Shown piece after piece: positions 1 to 7,865 of a DNA stretch of 32,000 bases. Every line of letters starts with the position of its first letter. The first letter of the stretch is position 1. The position numbers were made by a program, and so were the translations under genes. This stretch comes from Synechocystis sp. PCC 6803 substr. PCC-P. Its GTDB lineage: Bacteria; Cyanobacteriota; Cyanobacteriia; Cyanobacteriales; Microcystaceae. The notes under the pieces are model-generated. The model had not been told where the DNA came from. It saw only the letters and a program-made list of their open reading frames with translations, and ran no database searches. The DNA lies in assembly GCF_000284455.1 (NCBI RefSeq), contig NC_017039.1, forward strand, positions 1,980,001-2,012,000, read 5' to 3'.

Positions 1-499
1 CATAGAAATTAATCAGCAACTGGGACGTCCCCAAAATCCCGTTTAGGGGGGTCAATAATTCATGGGGCAGGGAACGGGTAACTTGTTGGCGCAGATTATC
101 CAGGCGGCTTTCCACCATGGCCTGGCGCTGATAATGGCGGTCCAAACGGGTGGTGATGGCATGGAGCAGTTCATCGATGGTGAAGGGTTTGGTTAAATAA
201 TCATCTGCCCCCAATTCCATGCCCTGGCGGAATGCGTGGTGGTCTGCCTTTGCTGTTAAAAGAATAAAAGGAATAACCGCCAAGTTGGGGTCCTGGCGTA
301 GGGACATCAATACTTCAAATCCCGTCACCCTGGGCATCATCACATCACAGAGAATTAAGTCCGGCAGATGTTGCTTCGCCAAAGCCAGACCAGTTTCACC
401 ATCGGGGGCAGAAATAACTTCGTAGTCTTCCAGGGAGAGAATGTCCTCTATATTCTGCCTAACCTCTAGTTGGTCTTCAATTATCAAAATTTTGGGCAT
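1..499 (-). CDS. Hybrid two-component sensor, N-terminal part (receiver domain followed by HisKA H-box); the 3' part runs off the window
   Basis: Reverse-strand ATG at 499..497. My translation reads MPKILIIEDQLEVRQNIEDILSLEDYEVISAPDGETGLALAKQHLPDLILCDVMMPRVTGFEVL...LTAKADHHAFRQGMELGADDYLTKPF, a CheY-like REC domain. It continues ...RSLPHELLTPLNGILGTSQ, a histidine-kinase H-box. The ORF track omits it because it is open at the window edge. Confidence 0.8.
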   Translation of the reverse strand, partial: MPKILIIEDQLEVRQNIEDILSLEDYEVISAPDGETGLALAKQHLPDLILCDVMMPRVTGFEVLMSLRQDPNLAVIPFILLTAKADHHAFRQGMELGADDYLTKPFTIDELLHAITTRLDRHYQRQAMVESRLDNLRQQVTRSLPHELLTPLNGILGTSQLLINFY

Positions 500-913
500 G
501 GGTTGCGCTTAAAAAATGATGTTGTAGATAATTCTGACCTTTCTCCATTATTTTCCTACCTCATGTCTCTTTGCTCACCATGATTTTTTTGTTAGGGGAG
601 TTTTCTGGGCGGCAGAATATCAGGCGATCGCCAAACTCAGTTGTGCCCTCAAGTGAGCAGCAGTAATGAAGTCAAATTCCATACTAGGCGGCGGTAAAAA
701 GGACTTGAATCAAGTTTTTGGGAGTAGGGGAGCAACTTTAAGAAGAGATTACGGAAAATTTAAGGAAAATAAGATTTAAAGAAAATCTAGAAACCCCAGG
801 AAATTTTAAGATTATTCATAACTGTCGATTGTGCTTCTATTATCTATCCATATGATCCAGAAAGGGGAATTGGGTCAAGCTCTTTTCCCTAGAACCACTC
901 CCAGGAGCAGGGA

Positions 914-931
914 TATGTAAAGAATTGTTTT
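914..931 (-). promoter_or_regulatory. Candidate HLR1-type (RpaB) site upstream of psaE
   Basis: The minus strand reads AAAACAAT-TC-TTTACATA. The second half matches the HLR1 half-site (G/T)TTACA(T/A)(T/A) at 8/8 and the first at 5/8, with the canonical 2-nt spacer. It lies about 42 nt upstream of a TAGAAT -10-like hexamer at 973..978 that has no recognisable -35. That arrangement fits an activator-dependent PSI promoter. Confidence 0.3.
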
Positions 932-1043
932 GGGAAAGTCGGGGGGAGGGGGAGGACGCAGAATAAAGCTGGTAGAATTTGGCGTTAAGTGGGCTGGGTT
1001 GTTGCCTGGGGCTTCCTCGGGACACCAGCAAACGGGATAGTTT

Positions 1044-1061
1044 TTTACAAATCGCAATTAT
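1044..1061 (+). promoter_or_regulatory. Second, weaker HLR1-like element immediately upstream of the psaE RBS
   Basis: TTTACAAA-TC-GCAATTAT. The first half is 8/8 to the HLR1 half-site and the second is 4/8. It ends 15 nt before the psaE ATG and just before the AAGGA Shine-Dalgarno at 1064..1068. Confidence 0.2.
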
Positions 1062-1076
1062 CTAAGGAATTAAATC

Positions 1077-1301
1077 ATGGCCTTAAATCGTGGTGACAAA
1101 GTTAGAATCAAACGCACTGAGTCCTACTGGTACGGTGATGTTGGCACGGTTGCTAGTGTGGAGAAAAGCGGCATTCTCTATCCGGTGATTGTGCGCTTCG
1201 ACCGGGTGAACTACAACGGTTTCAGCGGTAGTGCTTCCGGGGTAAACACCAACAACTTTGCCGAAAATGAATTGGAATTGGTGCAAGCGGCGGCAAAATA
1301 G
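1077..1301 (+). CDS. psaE: Photosystem I reaction centre subunit IV (PsaE)
   Basis: 74-aa [54 protein letters not shown]..., the SH3-like PsaE sequence. AAGGA lies 8 nt upstream of the ATG. Confidence 0.97.
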   Translation: MALNRGDKVRIKRTESYWYGDVGTVASVEKSGILYPVIVRFDRVNYNGFSGSASGVNTNNFAENELELVQAAAK

Positions 1302-1335
1302 TCTTGACTGTGGACTAAATTTGCATTGTTGAACT

Positions 1336-2199
1336 GTGCCAGAACTACCAGAAGTTGAAACAGTATGCCGGGGGCTCAATCGTTTGACCCTGGAGCAGAC
1401 CATCGGGGGAGGGGAAGTGTTGCTTGATCGCAGTCTTGCCTACCCCGTTTCTGTTGAGGATTTTCAGAAGCAAATTACCGGTTGTCGTTTGGTGGGCTGG
1501 CAACGGCGGGGAAAGTATTTGCTGGGGGAACTTAGAAGCAATCAAGCCCCAGGGCCGGCGGGATGGTTGGGATGCCATTTACGTATGACAGGGCAGTTAC
1601 TCTGGACAGAACGGGATCAGCAGAGACCACGACACACTAGGGTGGTGCTCCACTTTGAGGGCGGGTGGGAGTTACGTTTTGTGGATACCCGCACCTTTGG
1701 CAAAGTCTGGCTCCTACCAGGCGATCGCCCTTGGGCTGAAGTAATGACGGGGCTGGGACAGTTGGGGCCAGAACCCTTTGGGGCGGATTTTACGGCGGAA
1801 TATCTCTACGAAAAGCTGAAATCCAGTCGCCGCCCTTTAAAAAATGCCCTGCTGGATCAACGGTTGGTGGCAGGCTTGGGTAATATTTATGCCGATGAAG
1901 TCTTATTTTTTTGCGGCTTCCATCCCACCATGGCGAGTAATCAGGTGAGTTTGCAGGACTGTGAACTGATACATCAACAAATTCAAGCCACTTTAACAGC
2001 GGCCATTGAGGCTGGAGGCACTAGTTTCAGCGATTATCGCCAGGTGACTGGTATCAATGGTAATTATGGCGGTATGGCCCAGGTCTATGGTCGGGAAGGA
2101 GAACCCTGTCGTCATTGTGGTACAGTGATCGCCAAAATTAAATTGGGAGGGCGATCGGCCCACTTTTGTCCCCAGTGTCAGCCAAAATTAGAGCGGTGA
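1336..2199 (+). CDS. mutM: Formamidopyrimidine-DNA glycosylase (Fpg/MutM)
   Basis: A GTG start gives M-PELPEVET..., so the catalytic N-terminal Pro2/Glu3 of Fpg follows the initiator directly. There is an H2TH region and a C-terminal zinc finger CRHCG...CPQCQ. Confidence 0.93.
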   Translation: MPELPEVETVCRGLNRLTLEQTIGGGEVLLDRSLAYPVSVEDFQKQITGCRLVGWQRRGKYLLGELRSNQAPGPAGWLGCHLRMTGQLLWTERDQQRPRHTRVVLHFEGGWELRFVDTRTFGKVWLLPGDRPWAEVMTGLGQLGPEPFGADFTAEYLYEKLKSSRRPLKNALLDQRLVAGLGNIYADEVLFFCGFHPTMASNQVSLQDCELIHQQIQATLTAAIEAGGTSFSDYRQVTGINGNYGGMAQVYGREGEPCRHCGTVIAKIKLGGRSAHFCPQCQPKLER

Positions 2200-2231
2200 A
2201 TATAGACGCATATAGGTCAAATAAATTATTG

Positions 2232-2960
2232 ATGAATCCGATGGGCCAGCCTCGACAAAACCATTTAGCTGACTTTAAAGTGGGTGTGGATAACGTTATT
2301 TTTTCCGTCGATACCCACTTACATCGTTTATTGGTCTTACTAGTTAAACGAGAAGATCAGCCCTATCAAAATTATTGGAGTTTTCCCGGCACCTTAGTGA
2401 GAATGGGGGAAACCCTAGAGGGGGCCGCCCACCGGATTTTATCAGAAAAGATTGCCGTCAAAAATCTTTATTTAGAACAATTATATACATTTGGTAACCC
2501 TGGTCGAGACCCCAGGGAAGCACCGGATCAGTATGGGGTCAGGTATCTATCCGTCAGCTATTTCGCCCTCATCCGCTACGAAGATGCCCAGTTAATGAGC
2601 AAAAATCTGAGTCAGGTCAGTTGGCATAATGTGGCGGCCATTCCGACCTTAGCTTTTGACCACAATCAAATCCTTGACTATGGCTATCAGCGGCTCCGTA
2701 ATAAATTGGAATACAGCCCCATTGCCTTTGAAGTGTTGCCAGAATTGTTTACTTTAAATGATTTATTTCAACTCTACACCACGGTTTTAGGGGAAGATTT
2801 TGCCGATTATTCTAATTTTCGCTCCCGCTTATTAAAATTAGGTTTTCTCAAGGACACCGGCCAAAAAATCAGCAAAGGAGTAGGTCGTCCCGCTAGTCTT
2901 TTTCGTTTTGATGCCCGGGCCTTTGCGCCACTCCGGGATAAACCCCTAGTGTTTGTCTGA
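2232..2960 (+). CDS. nrtR: Nudix-related transcriptional regulator (NrtR family: Nudix fold plus C-terminal winged-helix)
   Basis: The track ORF 2166..2960 starts at a TTG that overlaps mutM by 34 nt. The first ATG (2232, MNPMGQPRQNH...) lies 32 nt after the mutM stop and is preferred. The protein has a Nudix-like core (WSFPGTLVRMGETLEGAAHRILSEK) with a degenerate Nudix box. It sits directly upstream of nadE, as is typical for NrtR. Confidence 0.75.
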   Translation: MNPMGQPRQNHLADFKVGVDNVIFSVDTHLHRLLVLLVKREDQPYQNYWSFPGTLVRMGETLEGAAHRILSEKIAVKNLYLEQLYTFGNPGRDPREAPDQYGVRYLSVSYFALIRYEDAQLMSKNLSQVSWHNVAAIPTLAFDHNQILDYGYQRLRNKLEYSPIAFEVLPELFTLNDLFQLYTTVLGEDFADYSNFRSRLLKLGFLKDTGQKISKGVGRPASLFRFDARAFAPLRDKPLVFV

Positions 2961-2974
2961 ATTGGCTCCGGTGG

Positions 2975-2997
2975 ATTAAAGTAATAATTACCATAAT
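2975..2997. promoter_or_regulatory. Imperfect 23-bp palindrome in the nrtR-nadE spacer; candidate NrtR operator overlapping a CATAAT -10-like hexamer
   Basis: ATTAaaGTAAT-a-ATTACcaTAAT has 9 of 11 symmetric pairs. The core GTAATAATTAC (2981..2991) is a perfect palindrome around A2986. CATAAT lies at 2992..2997. Confidence 0.3.
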
Positions 2998-3009
2998 ACC
3001 CCTCTGACT

Positions 3010-4686
3010 ATGTTTACCATTGCCCTTGCCCAGCTTAATCCCACCATTGGGGCGATCGCCGAGAATGCCGAAAAAATTGTCACGGCAGCCCTGCAAGCCC
3101 AGGCAAGGGGAGCTGATTTACTATTAACGCCGGAATTAGCCCTCTGTGGTTATCCCCCCAAGGATTTGTTACTTAATCCAAGTTTTGTCGAACAACTGGA
3201 AGAAGAGTTACAATGGCTGGCGGAAAAAATGCCTCCTTCTATAGCAATTTTAGTGGGCACTGTTACTCCCCACCACCAGGCAGAACGCCAAGGACAAAAA
3301 AAACTTTGGAATAGTGCAGTATTAATTGAACAAGGACAGATAAAGCAGTGGTTTCATAAATGTCTCCTACCCACCTATGACGTATTTGATGAAGACCGTT
3401 ATTTTGCCTCGGCTGCCAAGAGTGAATATTTTATCTATAAAAACGTCAAAATTGGTGTGACTATTTGTGAAGATTTGTGGAATGACGAGGCTTTTTGGGG
3501 ACAAAAATTTTATCAAGTTAACCCCCTCATGGATTTGATTGATCAGGGCGTGAATTTAGTTGTTAACCTATCAGCTTCTCCCTACAGTTGTGGCAAGCAT
3601 TACCTGCGAGAATCCTTGATTAGCCACAGTGCCAAGAGATTTAATGTGCCTTTGATTTATGTTAACCAAGTGGGGGGCAATGATGATCTCATTTTTGATG
3701 GGGGTAGTTTTGCTGTCAATAGCCAAGGCAAAATTATTGGGCGATCACCGTTATTTCAAGAAGACTTAGCCCTGTTAAGTTATGACTTAAGTAGTGGGGA
3801 GTTAACTGGGCAAAAGTTAGCTAGTTTACCTATGGTGGATACCGAAGAATTGTGGCAAGCTCTGGTGTTGGGGGTGGGAGACTACCTCCACAAATGCGGT
3901 TTTAGTAAGGCAATTTTAGGTCTGAGCGGCGGCATTGACTCTTCCCTAGTGGCGGCCATTGCTGTGGAAGCTTTGGGCAAAGAAAATGTGCTGGGAATTT
4001 TGATGCCTTCTCCCTACAGTTCTGACCATTCTATTCAGGATGCCTTGGCCTTGGCAAAGAATTTAGGTATGAATACCCAAACTATTCCCATTGGGCCGAT
4101 TATGGCCACCTATGACCAGGCCCTAGTACCCCTTTTTCAAGATGCCCCCTTTGGCCTTGCCGAAGAAAATCTCCAGTCCCGCATCCGGGGCAACCTCCTG
4201 ATGGCGATCGCCAATAAATTTGGCCATCTACTCCTCAGCACTGGCAATAAATCGGAATTAGCGGTGGGTTACTGCACCCTCTACGGGGACATGAACGGTG
4301 GCCTAGCGGCGATCGCCGACGTCCCCAAAACCCAAGTATTTGAACTATGCCGCTGGCTCAACCGGGAACAAACCATCATTCCCCCCAGCGTTCTGACTAA
4401 ACCGCCCAGCGCCGAACTCAAACCAGGGCAAGTAGACACCGACTCCCTTCCCCCCTACGATGTCTTGGACGGCATTCTTGGGAGATTAGTCGAAAAACAT
4501 CAGTCTCCCCAGGAAATCATCAACGCAGGCTTTGAGCGGGAAGTCGTACTAAAAATTTGCCAACTAGTGCAAAAGTCAGAGTTCAAACGTCGTCAGGCCG
4601 CCCCGGGACTGAAAGTCACAGATCGAGCCTTTGGCAGTGGTTGGCGCATGCCCATTGCCCAAGCTTTCCATCCCCAAGGCAGTTAA
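3010..4686 (+). CDS. nadE: Glutamine-dependent NAD+ synthetase (CN-hydrolase/glutaminase domain plus NAD synthetase domain)
   Basis: 558 aa. The N-terminal nitrilase-type domain carries the catalytic Cys context VTICEDLW. The C-terminal ATP-PPase domain has the SGGIDSS P-loop. Confidence 0.93.
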   Translation: MFTIALAQLNPTIGAIAENAEKIVTAALQAQARGADLLLTPELALCGYPPKDLLLNPSFVEQLEEELQWLAEKMPPSIAILVGTVTPHHQAERQGQKKLWNSAVLIEQGQIKQWFHKCLLPTYDVFDEDRYFASAAKSEYFIYKNVKIGVTICEDLWNDEAFWGQKFYQVNPLMDLIDQGVNLVVNLSASPYSCGKHYLRESLISHSAKRFNVPLIYVNQVGGNDDLIFDGGSFAVNSQGKIIGRSPLFQEDLALLSYDLSSGELTGQKLASLPMVDTEELWQALVLGVGDYLHKCGFSKAILGLSGGIDSSLVAAIAVEALGKENVLGILMPSPYSSDHSIQDALALAKNLGMNTQTIPIGPIMATYDQALVPLFQDAPFGLAEENLQSRIRGNLLMAIANKFGHLLLSTGNKSELAVGYCTLYGDMNGGLAAIADVPKTQVFELCRWLNREQTIIPPSVLTKPPSAELKPGQVDTDSLPPYDVLDGILGRLVEKHQSPQEIINAGFEREVVLKICQLVQKSEFKRRQAAPGLKVTDRAFGSGWRMPIAQAFHPQGS

Positions 4687-4714
4687 TTTCAGCGGCAAAG
4701 CTATATTTCAGGGG

Positions 4715-4762
4715 CTAACTAGTCCGGGAGGATCATTGAATTTTTTCCCTGGACTAGGTTAG
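4715..4762 (+). terminator. Possible nadE terminator hairpin
   Basis: CTAACTAGTCCGGG (4715..4728) pairs with CCCTGGACTAGGTTAG (4747..4762) with two bulges and an 18-nt loop. It is followed by the T-rich GATTTATT and starts 29 nt after the nadE stop. Confidence 0.35.
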
Positions 4763-4901
4763 GATTTATTAATGTAAAAAAAATATAAGCACAGTCAAAT
4801 TGTCTCCAAACTTGGCATCTAAGCTTAGCGTTTGCTTAGAATAACTTAATTGCGTTTATTTAAAAATCAATAATTTCTCTTTTTTGGAACGAACAAATGT
4901 C

Positions 4902-5900
4902 ATGAATTCCTCGCTTTACCATGGTGAAAAAATCCGCCATTGGTTTCCTAACTCCTCCCTAGATTTTGTTTCCTCACTACATGCAATGTTGGACAATTTG
5001 TCAAAATGGTTTCGTAATTTACCTATCCCAAATTTTAGTAACAATTCCTTGTTTCTCCGTGGAGTTAGTAAAGTTCCCAACTCTCCCCAATTTAATGACC
5101 CAATTCAAAACCTGGCCTGGGAAATGGCCCATTGCCTGGAGCAAAAAAAATTTCACCTCCATTACCAACCCCAGATTGATATCAAAACAGGAGCTTTATT
5201 GGGGGTCGAAACCCTCATTCGTTGGCACCACCCCCGCCTAGGCTTTATCTCCCCTGCCGAGTTTATTCCCATTGCCGAACAAACCGGATTAATTGTCCCC
5301 ATGGGCTACTGGGTACTACAACAAAGCTGCCTTCAATACCAACGCTGGCTTTCCCAAGGCATTCCTCCTTTCAAGTTATCGGTCAATTTATCCCTACGTC
5401 AATTACAGGAAGCGAACTTAGTAAGCGAGATAGAAAGTATTGTTGCTCAGACTCAAATAAGTTACCAGCAAATTACCCTGGAAGTGACAGAAAGTCTTAT
5501 GCTCTATGAACCAGGGGAAACCATTAATCGCCTCAATCAACTAAATGAAATGGGCATACAAATCGCCATTGATGATTTTGGTGTCGGCTATTCTTCCCTC
5601 TCCTATCTCAAGGATTTACCTCTCCAGACTTTAAAAATTGATAAGTCGTTCTTAGATGACCTTTTGACTAGGGAAAAAAATCAGGTAATTCTCCAAAGCA
5701 TTATCGAACTAGGTCATCGTCTAGATCTAAAAATTGTTGCCGAAGGCGTGGAGAGTGTAGAACAATTAGCCATGCTCAAATCCATGGATTGCGACTATGG
5801 CCAAGGCTACCTTTTCAGTCGCCCTCTAACTGATCAAGATACTACTGCTTTTTTTCGCACATCATCCTTTCTGGAAACTCGCTGCCTAGCTACAGTTTAA
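4902..5900 (+). CDS. EAL-domain protein (predicted c-di-GMP phosphodiesterase) with an uncharacterised ~85-aa N-terminal region
   Basis: The track ORF starts at TTG 4884, and the first ATG is 4902 (MNSSLYHG...). EAL signature residues are all present: GVETLIRW (EAL->ETL), SVNLS, ITLEVTES, IAIDDFGVGYSSLSYL, LKIDKSF, VAEGVES, GQGYLFSRP. Confidence 0.85.
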   Translation: MNSSLYHGEKIRHWFPNSSLDFVSSLHAMLDNLSKWFRNLPIPNFSNNSLFLRGVSKVPNSPQFNDPIQNLAWEMAHCLEQKKFHLHYQPQIDIKTGALLGVETLIRWHHPRLGFISPAEFIPIAEQTGLIVPMGYWVLQQSCLQYQRWLSQGIPPFKLSVNLSLRQLQEANLVSEIESIVAQTQISYQQITLEVTESLMLYEPGETINRLNQLNEMGIQIAIDDFGVGYSSLSYLKDLPLQTLKIDKSFLDDLLTREKNQVILQSIIELGHRLDLKIVAEGVESVEQLAMLKSMDCDYGQGYLFSRPLTDQDTTAFFRTSSFLETRCLATV

Positions 5901-6127
5901 AGAATCCGTTTTTGATTTGTTGTTAGTATGTTTTTAATATTTAAATACTCCATAAACTCCACTTTTGATTCCAGGTCAATGCCGTCTCTAAGGCCGGGGA
6001 AATTAGTCAAAATAGTCTAAATCTTCAAAATCCAGCAATACACAATACCATTAAATAATCAGCCAATTGCTCCGCTAATTAACTAAATCCAACCTTCTAA
6101 ATTTCCATCCACTGTTCAAGCACCATA

Positions 6128-7270
6128 ATGAGCAATTCAGTTTTGTCCACTTCTTCCCCAGGTAATATCCAAACTCGGCAGGCGATTCCGGCCCAACTCC
6201 TCTATTCCCTCGTCAACCAAAAAGCCAGCGGCAAACTTGTGGTACAAAACCCCTTTGACGAATTTGTTTATTGGCAAGTTTATTTGGGGGATGGTCGTAT
6301 TCACTTGGCCAACAGCGCCAATGGTTGTTCCGAAAGACTTAATTATCTGATTGGTAGCACCCTTCGTCAGAAGGGCATTGAACTGCCATCAAGAATTGCT
6401 GACGATTATATTTTTCTTTCCGGGCTCTGGAAAAGGGATGTTTTTTCCTTTCAGCAAACCCGCTCGATTCTGACCCAAGCTAGCCAAGAAGCCTTAGTTC
6501 AGGTACTTTCCTTACCTAAAACATCCTATCGTTTTAATCAAGAAAAAGAACTGAGCGAACTATTTTTGAATTTAGAGTTAGAAAAAACTATTACCCCCAT
6601 CAAACATAAAATTCGCTATTGGTGGGAATTGAGGTCCTATATTAACTCGCCTTTCCAGCGACCCCTAGTGGAAAACTGGCTTAGTCTGCGCCAAAATTTG
6701 GTGAAAAATAACCTCCATGGCCAACATTGGCTAAAACGCTTCCACACTTGCTTGGAAAATCTAAATTGCTTATATGAAATTGCCGGGCATTTGGAAATCA
6801 GTACTTTGGAGTTGGCATTAATGCTACAGCCCATGGTCAAGACTGGCGAAATCAAGATGCTGCCTTATCAAGAAATTCAAACGGATGACCGCCCTTTGGT
6901 GGCTTATGTTGACCATAGGGAAGTCCAGCAGCGCATGATGACCTATTCTTTGGAAAAAGAAGGCTATCGAGCCTTAGTACTGGATGATCCCTTTCGGGCT
7001 TTAACGGTGTTGTTGAATTCTCCCCCCAATCTGATTATCATAAATACTGACTTGCCGGACATGAACGGTTATCAACTCTGTTCGTTTTGCCGTAAGTCCA
7101 ATCAACTTAAAGATGTGCCGATCCTACTATTGGGGAAAGGTGACAATTTGATCAGCGGTATTCGTATCAAACTTTGTCAAGCTTCTGGGTACTTAAGTGA
7201 GCCTTTTGTTCCAGAAGAATTACTCGATCGGGTGGCAAAACTCCTTCCCACCAATAAAACCAACTCCTGA
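6128..7270 (+). CDS. pixE: PatA-type response regulator (N-terminal PATAN domain plus C-terminal receiver), PixE
   Basis: 380 aa. The PATAN-like N-terminus reads GKLVVQNPFDEFVYWQVYLGDGRIHLA. The C-terminal REC domain reads LVAYVDHREV...LIIINTDLPDMNGYQL...LLLGK. The first acidic pair is D-H rather than D-D, and the phospho-acceptor Asp position is retained. The gene lies directly upstream of pixD. Confidence 0.85.
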   Translation: MSNSVLSTSSPGNIQTRQAIPAQLLYSLVNQKASGKLVVQNPFDEFVYWQVYLGDGRIHLANSANGCSERLNYLIGSTLRQKGIELPSRIADDYIFLSGLWKRDVFSFQQTRSILTQASQEALVQVLSLPKTSYRFNQEKELSELFLNLELEKTITPIKHKIRYWWELRSYINSPFQRPLVENWLSLRQNLVKNNLHGQHWLKRFHTCLENLNCLYEIAGHLEISTLELALMLQPMVKTGEIKMLPYQEIQTDDRPLVAYVDHREVQQRMMTYSLEKEGYRALVLDDPFRALTVLLNSPPNLIIINTDLPDMNGYQLCSFCRKSNQLKDVPILLLGKGDNLISGIRIKLCQASGYLSEPFVPEELLDRVAKLLPTNKTNS

Positions 7271-7412
7271 CGGCTTTTCTGCGTGATGAAAAGACAGTTT
7301 CAAAGGAGCGATTTCTGTTCCCAGGTACTGTTTTCCTTGATTCTAATCCAGATAGCAACCCACCATATTATTAATCCTAAAATTACAAAGTAGCTAAAAG
7401 CTACGCACAAAA

Positions 7413-7865
7413 ATGAGTTTGTACCGTTTGATTTACAGCAGTCAGGGCATTCCCAATTTACAACCCCAGGATTTAAAAGATATCTTAGAATCTTCCCAAA
7501 GAAATAATCCGGCCAATGGCATTACCGGACTGCTCTGCTACAGCAAGCCGGCTTTTCTGCAGGTATTGGAAGGAGAGTGTGAACAGGTTAATGAAACCTA
7601 CCACCGGATTGTGCAAGATGAACGCCACCACAGCCCCCAGATCATTGAGTGTATGCCGATCAGAAGAAGAAACTTCGAGGTTTGGTCTATGCAAGCGATC
7701 ACGGTGAATGATTTGTCAACGGAACAGGTTAAGACTTTGGTATTGAAATATTCCGGCTTCACCACCCTACGGCCCAGTGCCATGGACCCGGAACAATGCC
7801 TAAACTTTTTGCTAGACATTGCCAAGATTTACGAGTTGTCCGATAACTTTTTCCTCGACCTCTAA
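7413..7865 (+). CDS. pixD: BLUF-domain blue-light photoreceptor PixD
   Basis: 150 aa, [12 protein letters not shown]...FLQVLEG...VWSMQ. The BLUF hallmark residues Tyr8, Gln50, Trp91 and Met93 are in the expected positions. Confidence 0.95.

Noticed and set aside
219-425. 68-aa plus-strand ORF
   Set aside because: It lies entirely antisense to the clearly coding receiver domain of the hybrid sensor (1..499, minus strand). It has Trp/Arg-rich antisense-type composition and no RBS.
941-955. GGGGGGAGGGGGAGG as a G-quadruplex
   Set aside because: It contains only three usable G-runs with 1-nt loops. I cannot show a four-run quadruplex or any function, so I noted it only as part of the psaE upstream description.
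840-1057. Two overlapping minus-strand ORFs (63 and 60 aa) in the psaE upstream spacer
   Set aside because: They are Pro/Ser-rich low-complexity translations of the G-tract region, with no SD and no recognisable fold. The region is better explained as psaE promoter and 5'UTR.
1083-1403. 106-aa minus-strand ORF
   Set aside because: It is antisense to psaE and the mutM start. It is a shadow ORF opposite a strongly supported gene.
2166-2231. N-terminal extension of the nrtR-like ORF from a TTG inside mutM
   Set aside because: It would overlap mutM by 34 nt. The extension (MSPVSAKIRAVNIDAYRSNKLL) is not Nudix-like, and an ATG lies just after the mutM stop.
4819-4839. CTAAGCTTAG palindrome plus a GCTTAG repeat upstream of the EAL gene as an operator
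   Set aside because: The element is short and contains a HindIII-type palindrome that could occur by chance in AT-rich DNA. There is no second copy or known matching motif.
4966-5509. Two plus-strand ORFs (91 and 95 aa) inside the EAL gene
   Set aside because: They are alternative frames of a gene whose main frame carries every EAL signature. Their composition is Cys/Pro/Trp-rich and implausible.
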